64,000 nt of DNA, taken from Octopus sinensis (taxonomy: Eukaryota). The position numbers and the translations under genes are program-made. The stretch is from the NCBI RefSeq assembly GCF_006345805.1, contig NC_042997.1, positions 27,528,001 through 27,592,000 on the forward strand, in the 5' to 3' direction. The notes beneath the pieces were generated by a model, which saw only the letters and a list, made by a program, of their open reading frames with translations, did no database searches and was not told the origin of the DNA. This document shows positions 25,300 through 38,846 of the stretch, one piece after another (positions within the stretch are counted from its first letter, which is position 1; each line of letters starts with the position of its first letter).

Positions 25300-25937
25300 G
25301 TGGAAGCACTCCGTCAGTTACGACGATGAGGGTTCCGGTTGATCCGAATCAACGGAACAGCCTGCTCGTGAAATTAACGTGTAAGTGGCTGAGCACTCCA
25401 CAGACACGTGTACCCTTAACGCAGTTCTCGGGGATATTCAGCGTGACACAGAGAGTGGACAAGGCTGGCCCTCTGAAATACAGGTACAACAGAAACAGGA
25501 AGTAAGAGTGAGAGAAAGTTGTGGTGAAAGAGGCGCGACGGTGCGGACAATATGGAAGCACTCGTTCGGTTACGACGACGAGGGTTCCGGTTAATCCGAA
25601 TCAACGGAACAGCCTGCTCGTGAAATTAACGTGTAAGTGGCTGAGCACTCCACAGACACGTGTACCCTTAACGTAGTTCTCGGGGATATTCAGCGTGACA
25701 CAGAGAGTGACAAGGCTGGCCCTTTGAAATACAGGTACAACAGAAACAGGAAGTAAGAGTGAGAGAAAGTTGTGGTGAAAGAGTACAGCAGGGATCACCA
25801 CCATCCCCTGCCGGAGCCTCGTGGAGCTTTAGGTGTTTTCGCTCAATAAACACTCACAACGCCCGGTCTGAGAATCGAAACCGCGATCCTACGACCGCGA
25901 GTCCGCTGCCCTAACCACTGGGCCATAGCGCCTCCAC
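25300..25937 (-). mobile_element. SINE family A with a duplicated 3' body
   Basis: Body repeated (25302-25555 and 25555-25800); near-TSD TGAATAT(G/C)AGTGT; the site is empty in the locus D flank (~62045). Confidence 0.88.
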
Positions 25938-26582
25938 TGAATATCAGTGTATTACCTTGCTCGCACGACACAGAATATACTGACCTTTCGCACGAACGAA
26001 ATTAGTCAAATATCCAAGAAATAGAAGAAAAATCGTTTTCAATTTGCTGAACGTGTTACGATGACAATACTTCAAGGAGGCTAAAAAAGAACAATGAAAA
26101 TTCTCAGAATCAACATTTTACAGTTTATTTACTCAAAGTATATTAAGAAATACCGCCGTAATTTACATGCCACCTACCAAGTCAGGAGTGCAGAATTTCA
26201 GATGTTACTTGACAATGTGCAAAAAACGGGAACAATAAATAAGCACCAAAGAATCCTATAAAACACTTAGAACATAAAAGTTTAGCTCCAGAACTCAAAT
26301 TATTCCTACACACAAATTAAGCAAATGCCTCATCAGCCAAATTCTATACGGAAAGTATACTTAGTAATTCGGTGATATAAATCAAATTCATAATATTCTC
26401 CTACAGCATAATATTCTCTATACCATAATATTCTCCTACAGCATAGCAGTATTGATGTTATTAGTATTAGCTCGTCCATCGTTGTTGATGATGACCAAAG
26501 AAATCAAATAGCAAAAGGACACGATGTACAGCTGCACTCTAATGACGGAATCAAGTAGAAAATAAAATATCTGTACGTATCA

Positions 26583-26614
<32 letters not shown>

Positions 26615-26639
26615 AAGGAAATGAAGAAAATGCTGACAA

Positions 26640-27270
26640 AATAATTTAAGTAAGGGAGAGTGTATTTAATTAGGTGAAAGTTCTTTTTACCGGTTGCGCA
26701 TTTGTTATGCCTATCAAAAGATATTTTTTTAAGAGAGATAGAGTTCCTTTCTGATAGATTTTTTCTCTTATCTGACTTTATGTTGGGTTTGCTGTCTCTT
26801 ATATGTGAAAAAAGAGGCTCCAGAGTTGGTTAAGATTTGCTTGGTTTCGCGCCTAAAATTTCTTGTGGACAATGGTCAATACAATTTTGATTGTATTTTT
26901 GATTGTATTTTTGTAATTTTGATTATAAAGGGCTCACGTGAATGTTTGAATGGAAGTTGGTGTTGGGGTAAGAAAATAGGCTCCAGAGATGTTAAAATTT
27001 GGCTAGTGTCGCGCCTAAAATTTCTTATTGGTCATAATAAAGAGGTCACGTGGATGTGGTCATAATAGAGAGGTCACGTGAATGTTTAGAATGAATGTTG
27101 ATGTGGGTGGTGTATGGAGTTTTCGAAAATAGCGTTGTTGAAAATTCTTATTGTTCAGGCTGGTCAGTAGACGTCACGTGGATATTTTAAATAGCTTTTT
27201 AGCGCGTAGTTAAGGAGTGTATTTTCCGCTTGACTGAATTTGAGCTGGATAAGTAAGTTCGTTTAGGACA
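26640..27270. mobile_element. Probable Penelope-like 3' region with internal repeats
   Basis: Repeated GGCTCCAGAG..TCGCGCCTAAAATTTCTT and GTCACGTG units; a degenerate hammerhead-like motif on the minus strand near 26685-26730. Confidence 0.35.
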
Positions 27271-27303
27271 GGAAGAGCTATATGTATGTATGTGTACGCG
27301 CGC

Positions 27304-27338
<35 letters not shown>

Positions 27339-27541
27339 TGTGTGCGTGTGTGTTTATATGTATGTTGGGGTGCGCGCGCGTGTATATATGTGTGCGTGTG
27401 TGGGTAAAATTTTCAATATTTATAGTTCTGCTGGCCTTGTGCCTGTATCGGGAAGCAACGTGTTTGTGTGAAGTCAATATTTACAGTCATATCCAAAAAA
27501 TAGTGTTGGATGTTTTGCACCCGTATCAAACTTCTCATAAC

Positions 27542-27591
<50 letters not shown>

Positions 27592-27599
27592 GATCGCCA

Positions 27600-27948
<349 letters not shown>

Positions 27949-28105
27949 CAGAGAAAGCACATAAATATGAAACAAGTAGGGAAAAATAGTACTCGAATAC
28001 AAGAGGTAGAGTAATAGGGTTTATTATTAAAGCTGCAAAAACATCACAACAAATATGACAAAATACTGCTACTCAGAATGCGAAACTCTGAGTAGCAGTT
28101 ATTTG

Positions 28106-28934
28106 GGATCTTTTCCTTTTGAACGGCACTTTGTAACATAATTTCTAGGTAACTAAAAAGTTTTAAATTTCGTATACTGGTAGAATGTGTTTATAAAACA
28201 TCATTTTCTCTTGGCTTTATTGAGAAAATTCTATAGGTTGTAACATATTTCGTCTAAAATTTCTTGCATTTCGGCAATTTTAACCAATCAATTAACTCCA
28301 TTGGCGTAAATAACATTCTGTGCATAATGAATATGTCCCTCCTTTAAGAAACAGATTGGGTTTATTTACATTTGTGAAGAAAAAAAGATACCTTTCCCCA
28401 ACCCCTAACCCTAACTAACTCTAACTCTAACCCTAAATCTAAAATAGATTGAAATGCAATAGATCGATACTAGGGCCATAATTATGGGTGACATTTTCAT
28501 TTGACACCGCTAGAGAAAAATCCCATTTTCCGTAGCGGTGTCGTATGAAATTGTCACCCATAGTTATAACCCTAGTATCGATCTATTGCATTTCAATCTA
28601 TTTTAGATTTAGGGTTAGAGTTAGGGTTAGGGTTAGGGGTGGGGAAAGGGTATCTTTTTCCTTCACAAATATAAATAAACCCAATCTGTTTCTTAAAGGA
28701 GGGACATATTCATTATGCACGGAATGTTATTTACGTCAATGGAGGTAATTGATGGGTTAAAATTGTCGAAATGCAAGAAATTTTAGACGAAATATGTTAC
28801 AACCTATAGAATTTTCTCAATAAAGCCAAGAGAAAATGATTTTTTATAAACACATTCTACCAGTATACGAAGTTTAAAACTTTTTAGTTACCTAGAAATT
28901 ATGTTACAAAGTGCTGTTCAAAAGGAAAAGATCC
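28106..28934. mobile_element. Foldback MITE (~410-bp inverted arms) with an 8-bp TSD and TTAGGG-like repeats
   Basis: GGATCTTTTCC...GGAAAAGATCC; TSD GTTATTTG at 28098-28105 and 28935-28942. Confidence 0.92.
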
Positions 28935-29112
28935 GTTATTTGTGTTATTTTTGTGGTGTTTTTTCAGCTTTAATAATGAAATATATATATACGAGGTATT
29001 AATCTTTAGGTAAATATATTTAATAAGAATATTATATATTGAACTTATATTGAGTGCTCCATTGTATAAAAATATTAATACTATTAAAGTATTTATATAT
29101 TTAACACTAGCG

Positions 29113-29152
<40 letters not shown>

Positions 29153-29159
29153 TGTGTGA

Positions 29160-29375
29160 GTGACATCGTGTGTACCGTTGGTGATTTTTTTCCTCTGTCT
29201 TCCCTTCTCTGGATCTTTCCTTCTCCTACGTTTCCGACGAAGAGCTCCACTCGAAACGTTAAACCCTCCTTCTTTCCTTCTTTCCTGAGCGTCCAATAAT
29301 ACTATATTTGTTCCACGTCCTCGCGTTGTTGTGTTTATTTTTGTGCTTTCTTGTTTGGATTAACTTTATATATAT
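29160..29375 (+). mobile_element. Penelope-like terminal repeat fragment, hammerhead-like motif at 29230-29264
   Basis: GTTT-CCGACGA-AGAGCTCCACTC-GAAACGTT-AAAC. Confidence 0.6.
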
Positions 29376-29571
29376 ATATATATAATATATATAAATATAT
29401 ATTATTATTATTAATATAAGGGAATTAATCTCCAAACTCATCATAAAGATATATCCGTGTGAGAGAACTTATTGTATTAAAAATATATATAAATAAATAA
29501 ATATAAAAAGATAAATATAATGTATAAAATAAATTTGATTGTTTAAAAGTTTTGAATTAATTATTTAAGCT

Positions 29572-29659
29572 TCTTACGATCGTTTCGCAGAAGAGTTGTC
29601 CCTATAATGTAATCCTATACTGATAAGCATTTATCGATAACTCTTCTGCTCTTCAGAGA
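29572..29659 (-). ncRNA. Type I hammerhead ribozyme candidate with an intact core
   Basis: Minus strand: UCU-CUGAAGA-GCAGAAGAGUU[41 nt]AACUCUUCUGC-GAAAC-GAUC-GUA-AGA. Confidence 0.7.
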
Positions 29660-29849
29660 TATAAAATATGAATATTGTATAACATATCGAATGATAGTTT
29701 GTTTTTTTTTAATTTGAAGTAAAATTGTAAAATGGTGTTTGTTTGAAACGTAAAATAAAAATTAGAAATTACTACTTTTGATGAGAGTCCTTAAATCCAT
29801 ATATATATATTCCCTTGGTTATTCGTCTGCAATAATCCATAATATTCAT

Positions 29850-30353
29850 ACTTAAAATCCGTCATATCATCTTGCATTCCAGTATAGTTCCTGTAGTTAG
29901 TTTAGAAATGGGAAAATTGTACGTACTTTAGTATGAGAATCTTGAAATTTATATATCTTCTTGTTATGTATTGCTACAGAAGCATTACCAAGACAAAAGT
30001 GTCATGGATTGCTACAGAAAAATTAACCCAAGCCCTCGTCAAACTCTTCCCACAATAAGTAGGGAGAAACAAGATTTCATTACCCTCCAGGAGCTGACTT
30101 GCAAATTCTCAGGCCACTTCTGTGGAGTCAAACAGCAACCACACGGTTGCATATTTACCCCCCGAGTAATAAGCTTAATTACTGGCTTAAATTCTGCCAG
30201 CTCTCTTTCGATTATATCCTTTCTGAAAACGGCAATGGCGTCGAGGGTCCTAGAGTAGGTCCTCAAAACCACCGTCTTACTTTCAAGTTCTTTTAACCAT
30301 TTTTTGGATGGTGTAATTTCCCACTCCACCAACTTTTCATTGTTATTTGCCAT
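29850..30353 (-). mobile_element. Degenerate retroelement ORF1-like remnant
   Basis: ORF 30039..30353 continues after a frameshift as TVWLLFDSTEVA*EFASQLL...LPTYCGKSLTRAWV; resemblance to non-LTR ORF1 proteins only. Confidence 0.35.
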
Positions 30354-30884
30354 GTTTTTTTTTAAAGAGTCAAAAAATGCAGTTGTTAAAATATAAAATA
30401 ATTAAAGAAAAAAAGGAAGAGGAAAAAATCCAAACAAAAGGAAGGATAGAGAAAACATTAACAGTTCAATAAATTTTATTGTTCTTTTGGCCACTCCAGG
30501 CCAACATTTAAAACAATTCTAAAACAGTTAAAAAATCATTCCAATTTTCTTCTAGGTACTCCTTAACAGGAACAATACTGTTTTGAAACAACAATTTTGG
30601 CTGGATACGCCCACCAAACCAATAATTTTCACTCCGGTAGACTAGAGTCTAGTGAGGACTTCTTGCTTGTAAAAATTATTTGCGACATACAACAGGTCCC
30701 CACTAGACCCCAAAAATTCTTACCTAACGGCTGAGTTTCAAAAGACTTCAATTTAAGACGGCTTTCAAAAAACACGTTTTACATCTGTGTCAAACACAAC
30801 TATAATTCGCACATGCGCAATGTAAGCAAGCTACTTACTACACAGCTACTCCTACAAATTATTTTTTAATGTTAAAATACCATA

Positions 30885-31290
30885 ATAGGCGCAGACGTGG
30901 CTGTGTGGTAAGAAGCTTGCTTCACAACCACATGGTTCCGGGTTTCGAATTCAGTCCCGCTACGTGGCACCTTGGGCAAGTGTCTTCTATTATAGGCTCG
31001 GGTCAACCAAAGCCTTGTGAGGGGATTTGGTAGATGGAAACTGAAAGAAGCCCGTCGTAAATATATATATATATTTTATGTGCCTGTGGTTATGTCTGTG
31101 TTTGTACTCCACCAACACCACCACTACCACATATCGCTTGACAACAGATGCTGGTGTGCTTACGTCCCCATAATAGCGGTTCGTGCAGAAGAGACCGATA
31201 GAGTAAGCACCAGGCTTACAAAGAATAAGTCGATTTCTGCTACTAAAAGGCGGTGCTCCAGCATGTCCACAGTGTACTGATTGAAACAGA
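30885..31290 (+). mobile_element. SINE family B
   Basis: Matches the family. Confidence 0.85.
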
Positions 31291-31429
31291 TAAAAGAATA
31301 ATAAAAAAAACGTGAAAACCAGAGCATTTTTATCTTTATTCAACTGTTATATTATTCTACACACATTCACACAAATTCAGAATATATATATATATATATT
31401 ATATATATTATATAGAGTAAAACACATAA

Positions 31430-31625
31430 TGTGAACAAGGTGGGAAAAAGAGTACTCAAAATACCAGGGGTAGAGTAATATGCTTTATTTAAACGCAGCA
31501 GAAATTCAACAAAACCTGTTACTCGGAGTTTTTTTAATGTTAAAATCCCATAAACTGTCCGACGAACCGGAACGTGAAACTCCGAGTAACAGGTTTTGTT
31601 GAATTTCTGCTGCTTTTAAATAAAG
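31430..31625. mobile_element. Inverted pair of Penelope-like termini enclosing a hammerhead-like motif (31555-31592)
   Basis: ~50-bp near-perfect inverted repeat; CTGT-CCGACGA-ACCGGAACGT-GAAACTCCGAGTA-ACAG. Confidence 0.6.
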
Positions 31626-31700
<75 letters not shown>

Positions 31701-32393
31701 TGTAGAATTTTAAGGCAAATTGAAAAATGGTATAACTTATTTACATATATATAATATTATAGATGACGTAAACTAAAATCAAAACTTAGAAGAATTCTTC
31801 GCTTTTTTTATTCGCTCATGTAGGGGTTTAAGACAAACTTAAATTGTATAACTTATTTACATATATATATTGTTATAGATTTTAGAACATTTAATAAAAA
31901 AGATAATTGGTGTGACGTAAACTATCAGTTTAATATTAATTGTAACAGAATACTTCTCTTTTTTTTATTCGGTAGCTATCCATTGACGTCACCGATAGTT
32001 GTGTATATGTAAAGAATAAGCTTTTTTTTCATTGTTAGAAAATATTTCTATATATTTCTATTTATCATAAAGCAGAATTATTATTATTTGTTTTATTTCC
32101 TTATCCACTGATGTAACCAATAATTGAATTCAAAAATGACCTTTCCTAAAATGCTTCTTTTTTATTTTTATAAAATATCTTCGTTATCGAATGACGTCAC
32201 CATTCATTCAATGAAACAATTCTTATGTAAAATTCTCTTTAAGAGTTCGTTTTGGTTGCGTCTCTCTATTGGTTAAATTTCGGATGCTCAATTCAAATTT
32301 CAATATTTTAGGATATCCTTGACAACGTTGTACTAACAATTATTTTCGAGGATATAAATATTAATTTTAACATTTTCTGCATATATACATACA

Positions 32394-32504
<111 letters not shown>

Positions 32505-32547
32505 GTGTGTATGTGTATATATATATATCATTATTATTATTATTAGT

Positions 32548-32589
<42 letters not shown>

Positions 32590-32639
32590 GTTAATATCAG
32601 GAAATCAATATTATTTGGTGTTGATACATATTTTTACTT

Positions 32640-33155
32640 CACGAATGCGTTTTAGCAATTGGTTCATCTGAGACCCCTGACAGGAAGAGGTCCGGCTTAA
32701 TTTGAAAACACCTACATCCAACCCATGCAGGTCTCTCAGGACCTACGGGAGGTTATTGAAGAGCTGTGGACTTCTGAAGCCCAGGCTATTGCAGTATCTT
32801 GTCATACATCTTGATGGAAAATTTGGAATCCTTGGCACTATGCAGTAGCACCCATTTCTAGTATTTGTGTAACTCTCGATGCTAAAGTTTGAGACAAGTC
32901 CTTCCAGGATCTTCCAGATGTATATTATGACATATCTTTCTCGCCTACGATCTAATGAATGGAGTGCTAATCTCTTGAGTTTTATCCAATAGCTTATATG
33001 CTGTACAGAGGCTATCTTCTTCGTTGGATTGCCTCAAGTTCAGAGATTAATTTGACACTAGTTGGTGACCATATCTGAGAGCAGTAGTCAAAGTGGCTTA
33101 GAACAAGTGTCCTCCAGACGACCATCATGGTTTCCTGGTCGCTTGGTCTAAAAGT
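32640..33155 (-). mobile_element. CR1/L2-clade LINE C-terminal fragment
   Basis: LVLSHFDYCSQIWSP...LEAIQRR and YWIKLKRL.L.SL.RRRERY.IIYIWKILEGLV. Confidence 0.8.
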
Positions 33156-33490
33156 ACACACGCATACACATATACCTACACAAGTGAAGACTGAAAAACA
33201 TGACCAAATAACCATATGCACACACACAAGGACACATGGAGACACACATCCATAGATAACAGACGCACGTACGCAGTCACACAAAACCATACGCATTGAC
33301 ACATTCAAATATGCACACACAAGGGGACAGAGGTACACACACAAATATACACACACGTACAAGCACACAAACATGAACACACAAACACTGGAATATACAG
33401 AATACATACATACGTACACACATGCATGTATATATGTATATATGCATACACACACATACATACACATACATACACACATACATACATACA

Positions 33491-33524
<34 letters not shown>

Positions 33525-34695
33525 CATATAGGGAGAGATTACGGAAAAAAAAAACAAAAGACGAAGGCAGGTGGTGTACAAAAGAAACAGATGTATTAGT
33601 ATAACGCTCAGGAAGAGAAAAGTCTTTTACGTTTCGAGCCTGCGATTTTCTACAGAAAAGGATACAGAAAAAACAAGGAGAGAAACAAGGAGAGAAGAAA
33701 AGGAGAGAAAACATTGTGTGTAGTGATCAACAATCTATCATGGCGTCTGATACAAACATACATACATACATACATACATACATACATACATACATACATA
33801 CATACATGCATGCATACATACATACAGACTGACAGACAAACAGACAGACTGACATACCTATGTGTATACCCTTCCACATTGACGCACGCATGCACACAAT
33901 CAAACAAACAAACAAACAAGCAAAAAGAACGCAGCTCTCATAATGGACAGTCAAGGATTATTGAAAAGTTTGCAAGACACAATGAAAAGTTTAGAATAAA
34001 TAAACAATTTAATGAGTAGAAATCGAACCGGTAAGTGTGTCAAATTATAAAGCACCGAAAGAGAACGACTCTCCTCGGACTCAATAAAAAGGCAATAGTT
34101 GTGACGTAAACTCTAAGTTCAATATTAATCATAACAGGGAATACTTCTCTTTTTTTATTCGCTAGCTATCCATTGACGTCACCACTGGTTCAACGAAGCA
34201 ATTCTTATATTCACTTTAAATTTCAATACTTTGGGATATCCGTGACAACGTTGTATTAACATATACTTTCGAGTATATTAATTTTAGTATTATACATATT
34301 TATATATATATATATATATACATATATATAAAACTGAGAATGTGTGACTGTCTGTCTGTGTGTTTCCCTAAATCTTGAGAACTACAGAACCAATTTCATT
34401 CAAATTTTACACATGCCTTACTTAGGGTCCGGGGAGTGTCAACGGCAAAAAAAATTTTTTACTTTTTGCCTAGGGCGAGCCCACAGCAATATCATATTTT
34501 CTCCACTACGATTCCCTAAAACGTGAGAACTACACAACCAATTCCATTCATGTTTTACACATGCCTTCCTTAGGGTCCATGTAGTTTCATGGGCCAAAAA
34601 ATGTTCAACCTCTTGCCTAGAGCGAGCCCATAGCAATATCATATCTTCTCCACCATTTCAGTATTACGTGTTAAAAGTGAGACAAAAAGGTTTCT

Positions 34696-35375
34696 CTATT
34701 TAATGTCAGATACTTTCACTTTAACAATAAAAATAATAATAACACTTAGAACAAGTGTCCTCCAGAGGACCATCATGGTTTGCTGGTCTCTTGGTCTAAA
34801 ATTTCTAAGAATCCATCCGGTCAGCTGCCTGCATTTCATTGCCAATTTAGCAACATGCACATGAAAGATTGCATCATTACTCATGTAAATGCCAAGGTCT
34901 CGCACTGACTGTGCCTCTGGGATTGCAATCCCTCCAGGTCCAGTGCATTTATTGAATATTGCATTTAGTTTTGCATGCTGATAGCACAAGGCTTGAAACT
35001 TTTCAGCATTAAACTGCATGTTATTCTTTTCAATCCACTTGTATAATTCAGGCAGCTGATATTGCAGGTGCATAGTGTCTTCAGGGTTCTGTATTACATG
35101 TGCGACTTTTGTTTCATCTGCATAACTTCTGATCGTGGCTATCTCTGTGGCTGATGGTATGTCTGAGAGGGCCATTATCAACAGTAGTGGTCCCAAAACA
35201 GTGCCATGCGTAACACCGCTCATTATTTGGCTACTACCACCTAATTTCTATCCTTCAGAATGTCATGAAGCCATTCTCCCAAATTTCCAACTATGCCGAG
35301 ATCACGCAGTTTGAGACATATCATTCCATGATCGACTTTATCAAAGGCCTTTGCAAAGTCGAGATATATGACTTC
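34696..35375 (-). mobile_element. CR1-clade reverse transcriptase fragment
   Basis: VIYLDFAKAFDKVDHG; GVTHGTVLGPLL; SYADETKV; WIEKNNMQFNAEK. Confidence 0.85.
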
Positions 35376-35581
35376 CACATCCAAACATGCATACACAAGG
35401 GGACAGATGTACACACACAAATATACACACACGTACAAGCACACAAACATGAACACACAAACACAGGAATATACAGAATACATATATATGTACACACATG
35501 CATGTATATATATATATATGTATATATGCATACACACACATACATACACATACATACATACATACATACATACATACATAC

Positions 35582-35612
<31 letters not shown>

Positions 35613-36107
35613 CATACATACATACATGCATGCATACATACAGACAGACAGACAAACAGACAGACAGACTGAGCTATGTGTATAGCCTTCCACATTGACG
35701 CGCGCATGCACACAAACAAGCGAACAAACAATCAAAAAGAACGCAGCTCTCATAATGGACAGTCAAGTATTATTGAAAAGTTTGCAAGACACAATGAAAA
35801 GTTTAGAATAAATAAACAAGTTAATGAATAGAAATCAAACCGGTAAGTGTGTCAAATTATAAAGCACCAATGAGAACGACATACCTCGGACTCAAAGAAA
35901 TGGCAATAGTTGTGACGTAAACTCTAAGTTCAATATTAATCATAACAGGGAATACTTCTCTCTTTTTATTCGCTAGCTATCCATTGACGTCACCACTTGT
36001 CCAACGAAGCAATTCTTATATTCACTTTAAATTTCAATACTTTGGGATATCCTTGACAACGCGGTATTAACATATACTTTCGAGTATATTAATTTTAATA
36101 TTATACA

Positions 36108-36154
<47 letters not shown>

Positions 36155-36559
36155 ATATATATATAAAACTGAGAATGTGTGACTGTCTCTCTGTGTGTTT
36201 CCCTAAATCTTGAGAACTACACAACCAATTTCATTCAAATTTTACACATGCCTTACTGAGGGTCCGGGGAGTGTCATCGGCAAACACAGTATTTTTTCTT
36301 TTTGTCTAGGGCTAGCCCACAGCAATATCATATCTTCTCCACTACGATTCCCTAATACTTGAGAACTACGCAACCAATTCCATTCAAATTTTACACATTC
36401 CTTACTTAGGATCCATGTAGTTTCATGGACAAAAAATGTTCAACGTCTTGCCTAGAGCGAGCCCATAGCAATATTATATCCTCTCCACTATTACGTATTA
36501 AAAGTGAAACAAAAACGTTTCTCTATTTTACGTCAGATACTTTCACTTTAACAATAAAA

Positions 36560-37640
36560 ATAATAATAACACTTAGATCAAGTGTCCTCCAGAGGACCAT
36601 CATGGTTTCCTAGTCTCTTGGTCTAAAAGTTCTAAGAATCCATCCGGTCAGCTGCCTGCATTTCATTGCCAATTTAGCAACATGCACATGAAAGATTGCA
36701 TCATCACTCATGTAAATGCCCAGGTCTCGCACTGACTGTGCCTCTGGGATTTCAATCCCTCCAGGTCCAGTGCATTTACTGAATATTGCATTTAGTTTTG
36801 CATGCTGATAGCACAAGGCTTGAAACTTTTCAGCATTAAACTGCATGTTATTCTTTTCAATCCACTTGTATATTTCAGCCAGCTGATATTGCAGGTGCAT
36901 AGTGTCTTCAGGGTTCTGTATTACCTGTGAGACTTTTGTTTCAACTGCATAACTTCTGATCGTGGCTGTCTGTGTGGCTGATGTTATGTCTAAGAGGGCC
37001 ATTATGAACAGTAGTGGTCCAAAACGTGCCTTGAAAACACCAGTCATTATTTGGCTGTTATCACCTTATTTCTATCCTTCAGAAAGTCATGAAGCCATTC
37101 TGCCAAATTTCCAACTATGCCGAGATCACGCAGTTTGAGACATATCACTCCATGATCGACTTTATCAAAGGCCTTTGCAAAGTCGAGATATATCACTTCC
37201 ACCTCTGAGTGGTTGAGTAGCTGTTTCAGCACCTAGGCACAGTGTTGTAGGAGCTGAGTTAGGCAGCTTGTTCTTCGTCGGAAACCATGCTGGGTGTCAA
37301 GCAGCAAGTAGTTCTCTTTTGACTATTCGTTCCATGACCTTCCTGATGTGTGAGGTCAGAGAAGTCTGTAGTTCTTGGCTTCTACTCTGCTTCCTCATTT
37401 ATGAATAGGGCATATTTTACCCTCCTTCAGTTTTCTTGGAAGTTTGCCAGTTGCAAGGAAGCTCTGAAAGAATGACTGCAGTGTCTTGCTAGGACTCACT
37501 TACATACTTTTAGAAGGATTGCTGGGAATTCATCATGGCCAGTAGCTGAGTTTCGGTTCATTTCATCTATAGCCCTTATTACATCGTCTTCCTTTTTATT
37601 GATGTAATCAATCATCATTGTCTCTATTTTTATATCTGCA
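36560..37640 (-). mobile_element. CR1-clade reverse transcriptase fragment (longer copy)
   Basis: QHGFRRRTSCLTQLL, YLDFAKAFDKVDHG, GPLLFIMAL, MQFNAEK; degenerate. Confidence 0.85.
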
Positions 37641-38310
37641 GTGGTAAAGAAGTCAGTTTGAATGCTAAGGCAAATTTAAACGGCATAATTTGTTTACACA
37701 TTTTCTAGAATATGGGGTCTAATGCTTCATTTTAGATCATTCCATATATGGCATTATAAATTTTATTAAATTTAATAAAAAGATAATGAAAATTGAGACG
37801 ATGTGGCGACAAAAACAGTTCTCCATACTCTACCAGCATGCCAAAGACCAGCATGGAGGAACACTGGGTCAAATTGACATCCGCATTTTATCCAAGCACC
37901 CGAAGGACCAAACACGCAGGCAAATACAGGAGCGTCCTGACAAATGAAAAATCCCCAGTACTAAATAGGTAGTAAATGTAGAAGGTAGTCATACCACAAT
38001 ACCCACAGTTTATACATACAAGGTAGAGTTGTTAGTAGGCTGTTATGTAAACGCATATATATATATATGTGTGTGCGTGTATGTAGGTAGGTAGGTAGGT
38101 AGGTAGGTAGGTAGGTAGGTAGGTAAATGGACATATAAGTAAATAAGTCGATAAATAGATAGATATGTTTCTTTATTAGCTACAAAGGGCTGAACACAGA
38201 CGGGACATATTAGAAAGTAGAGCTTAGTAGGTAGGTTTGCGATCAAAAGGGATCGTAAAAAGTAAAGAATAAGAAGGAAAATGAAAAAGCGATCAATAGA
38301 GATCGTGTAC

Positions 38311-38424
<114 letters not shown>

Positions 38425-38810
38425 GTACATGGCTAATACGTACAGGCAAGTACACGCGCATACACATATACCTACACAAGTGAAGACTGAAAAACATGAC
38501 CAAATACCCATATGCACACACACAGGGACACATGGAGACACACATCCATACATAACAGACGCACGTACGCAGTCACACAAAATCATACGTATTGCCACAT
38601 CCAAACATGCACACACAAGGGGACAGAGGTACACAAACAAATATACACACACGTACAAGCACACAAACATGAACACACAAACACAGGAATATACAGAATA
38701 CATATATACGTACACACATGCATGTATATATGTATATATGCATACACACACATACATACACATACATACATACATACATACATACATACATACATACATA
38801 CATACATACA

Positions 38811-38846
<36 letters not shown>

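Noticed and set aside
28400-28650. Interstitial telomere or chromosome fusion site
   Set aside because: Only a few degenerate TTAGGG units, symmetric inside a TSD-flanked MITE
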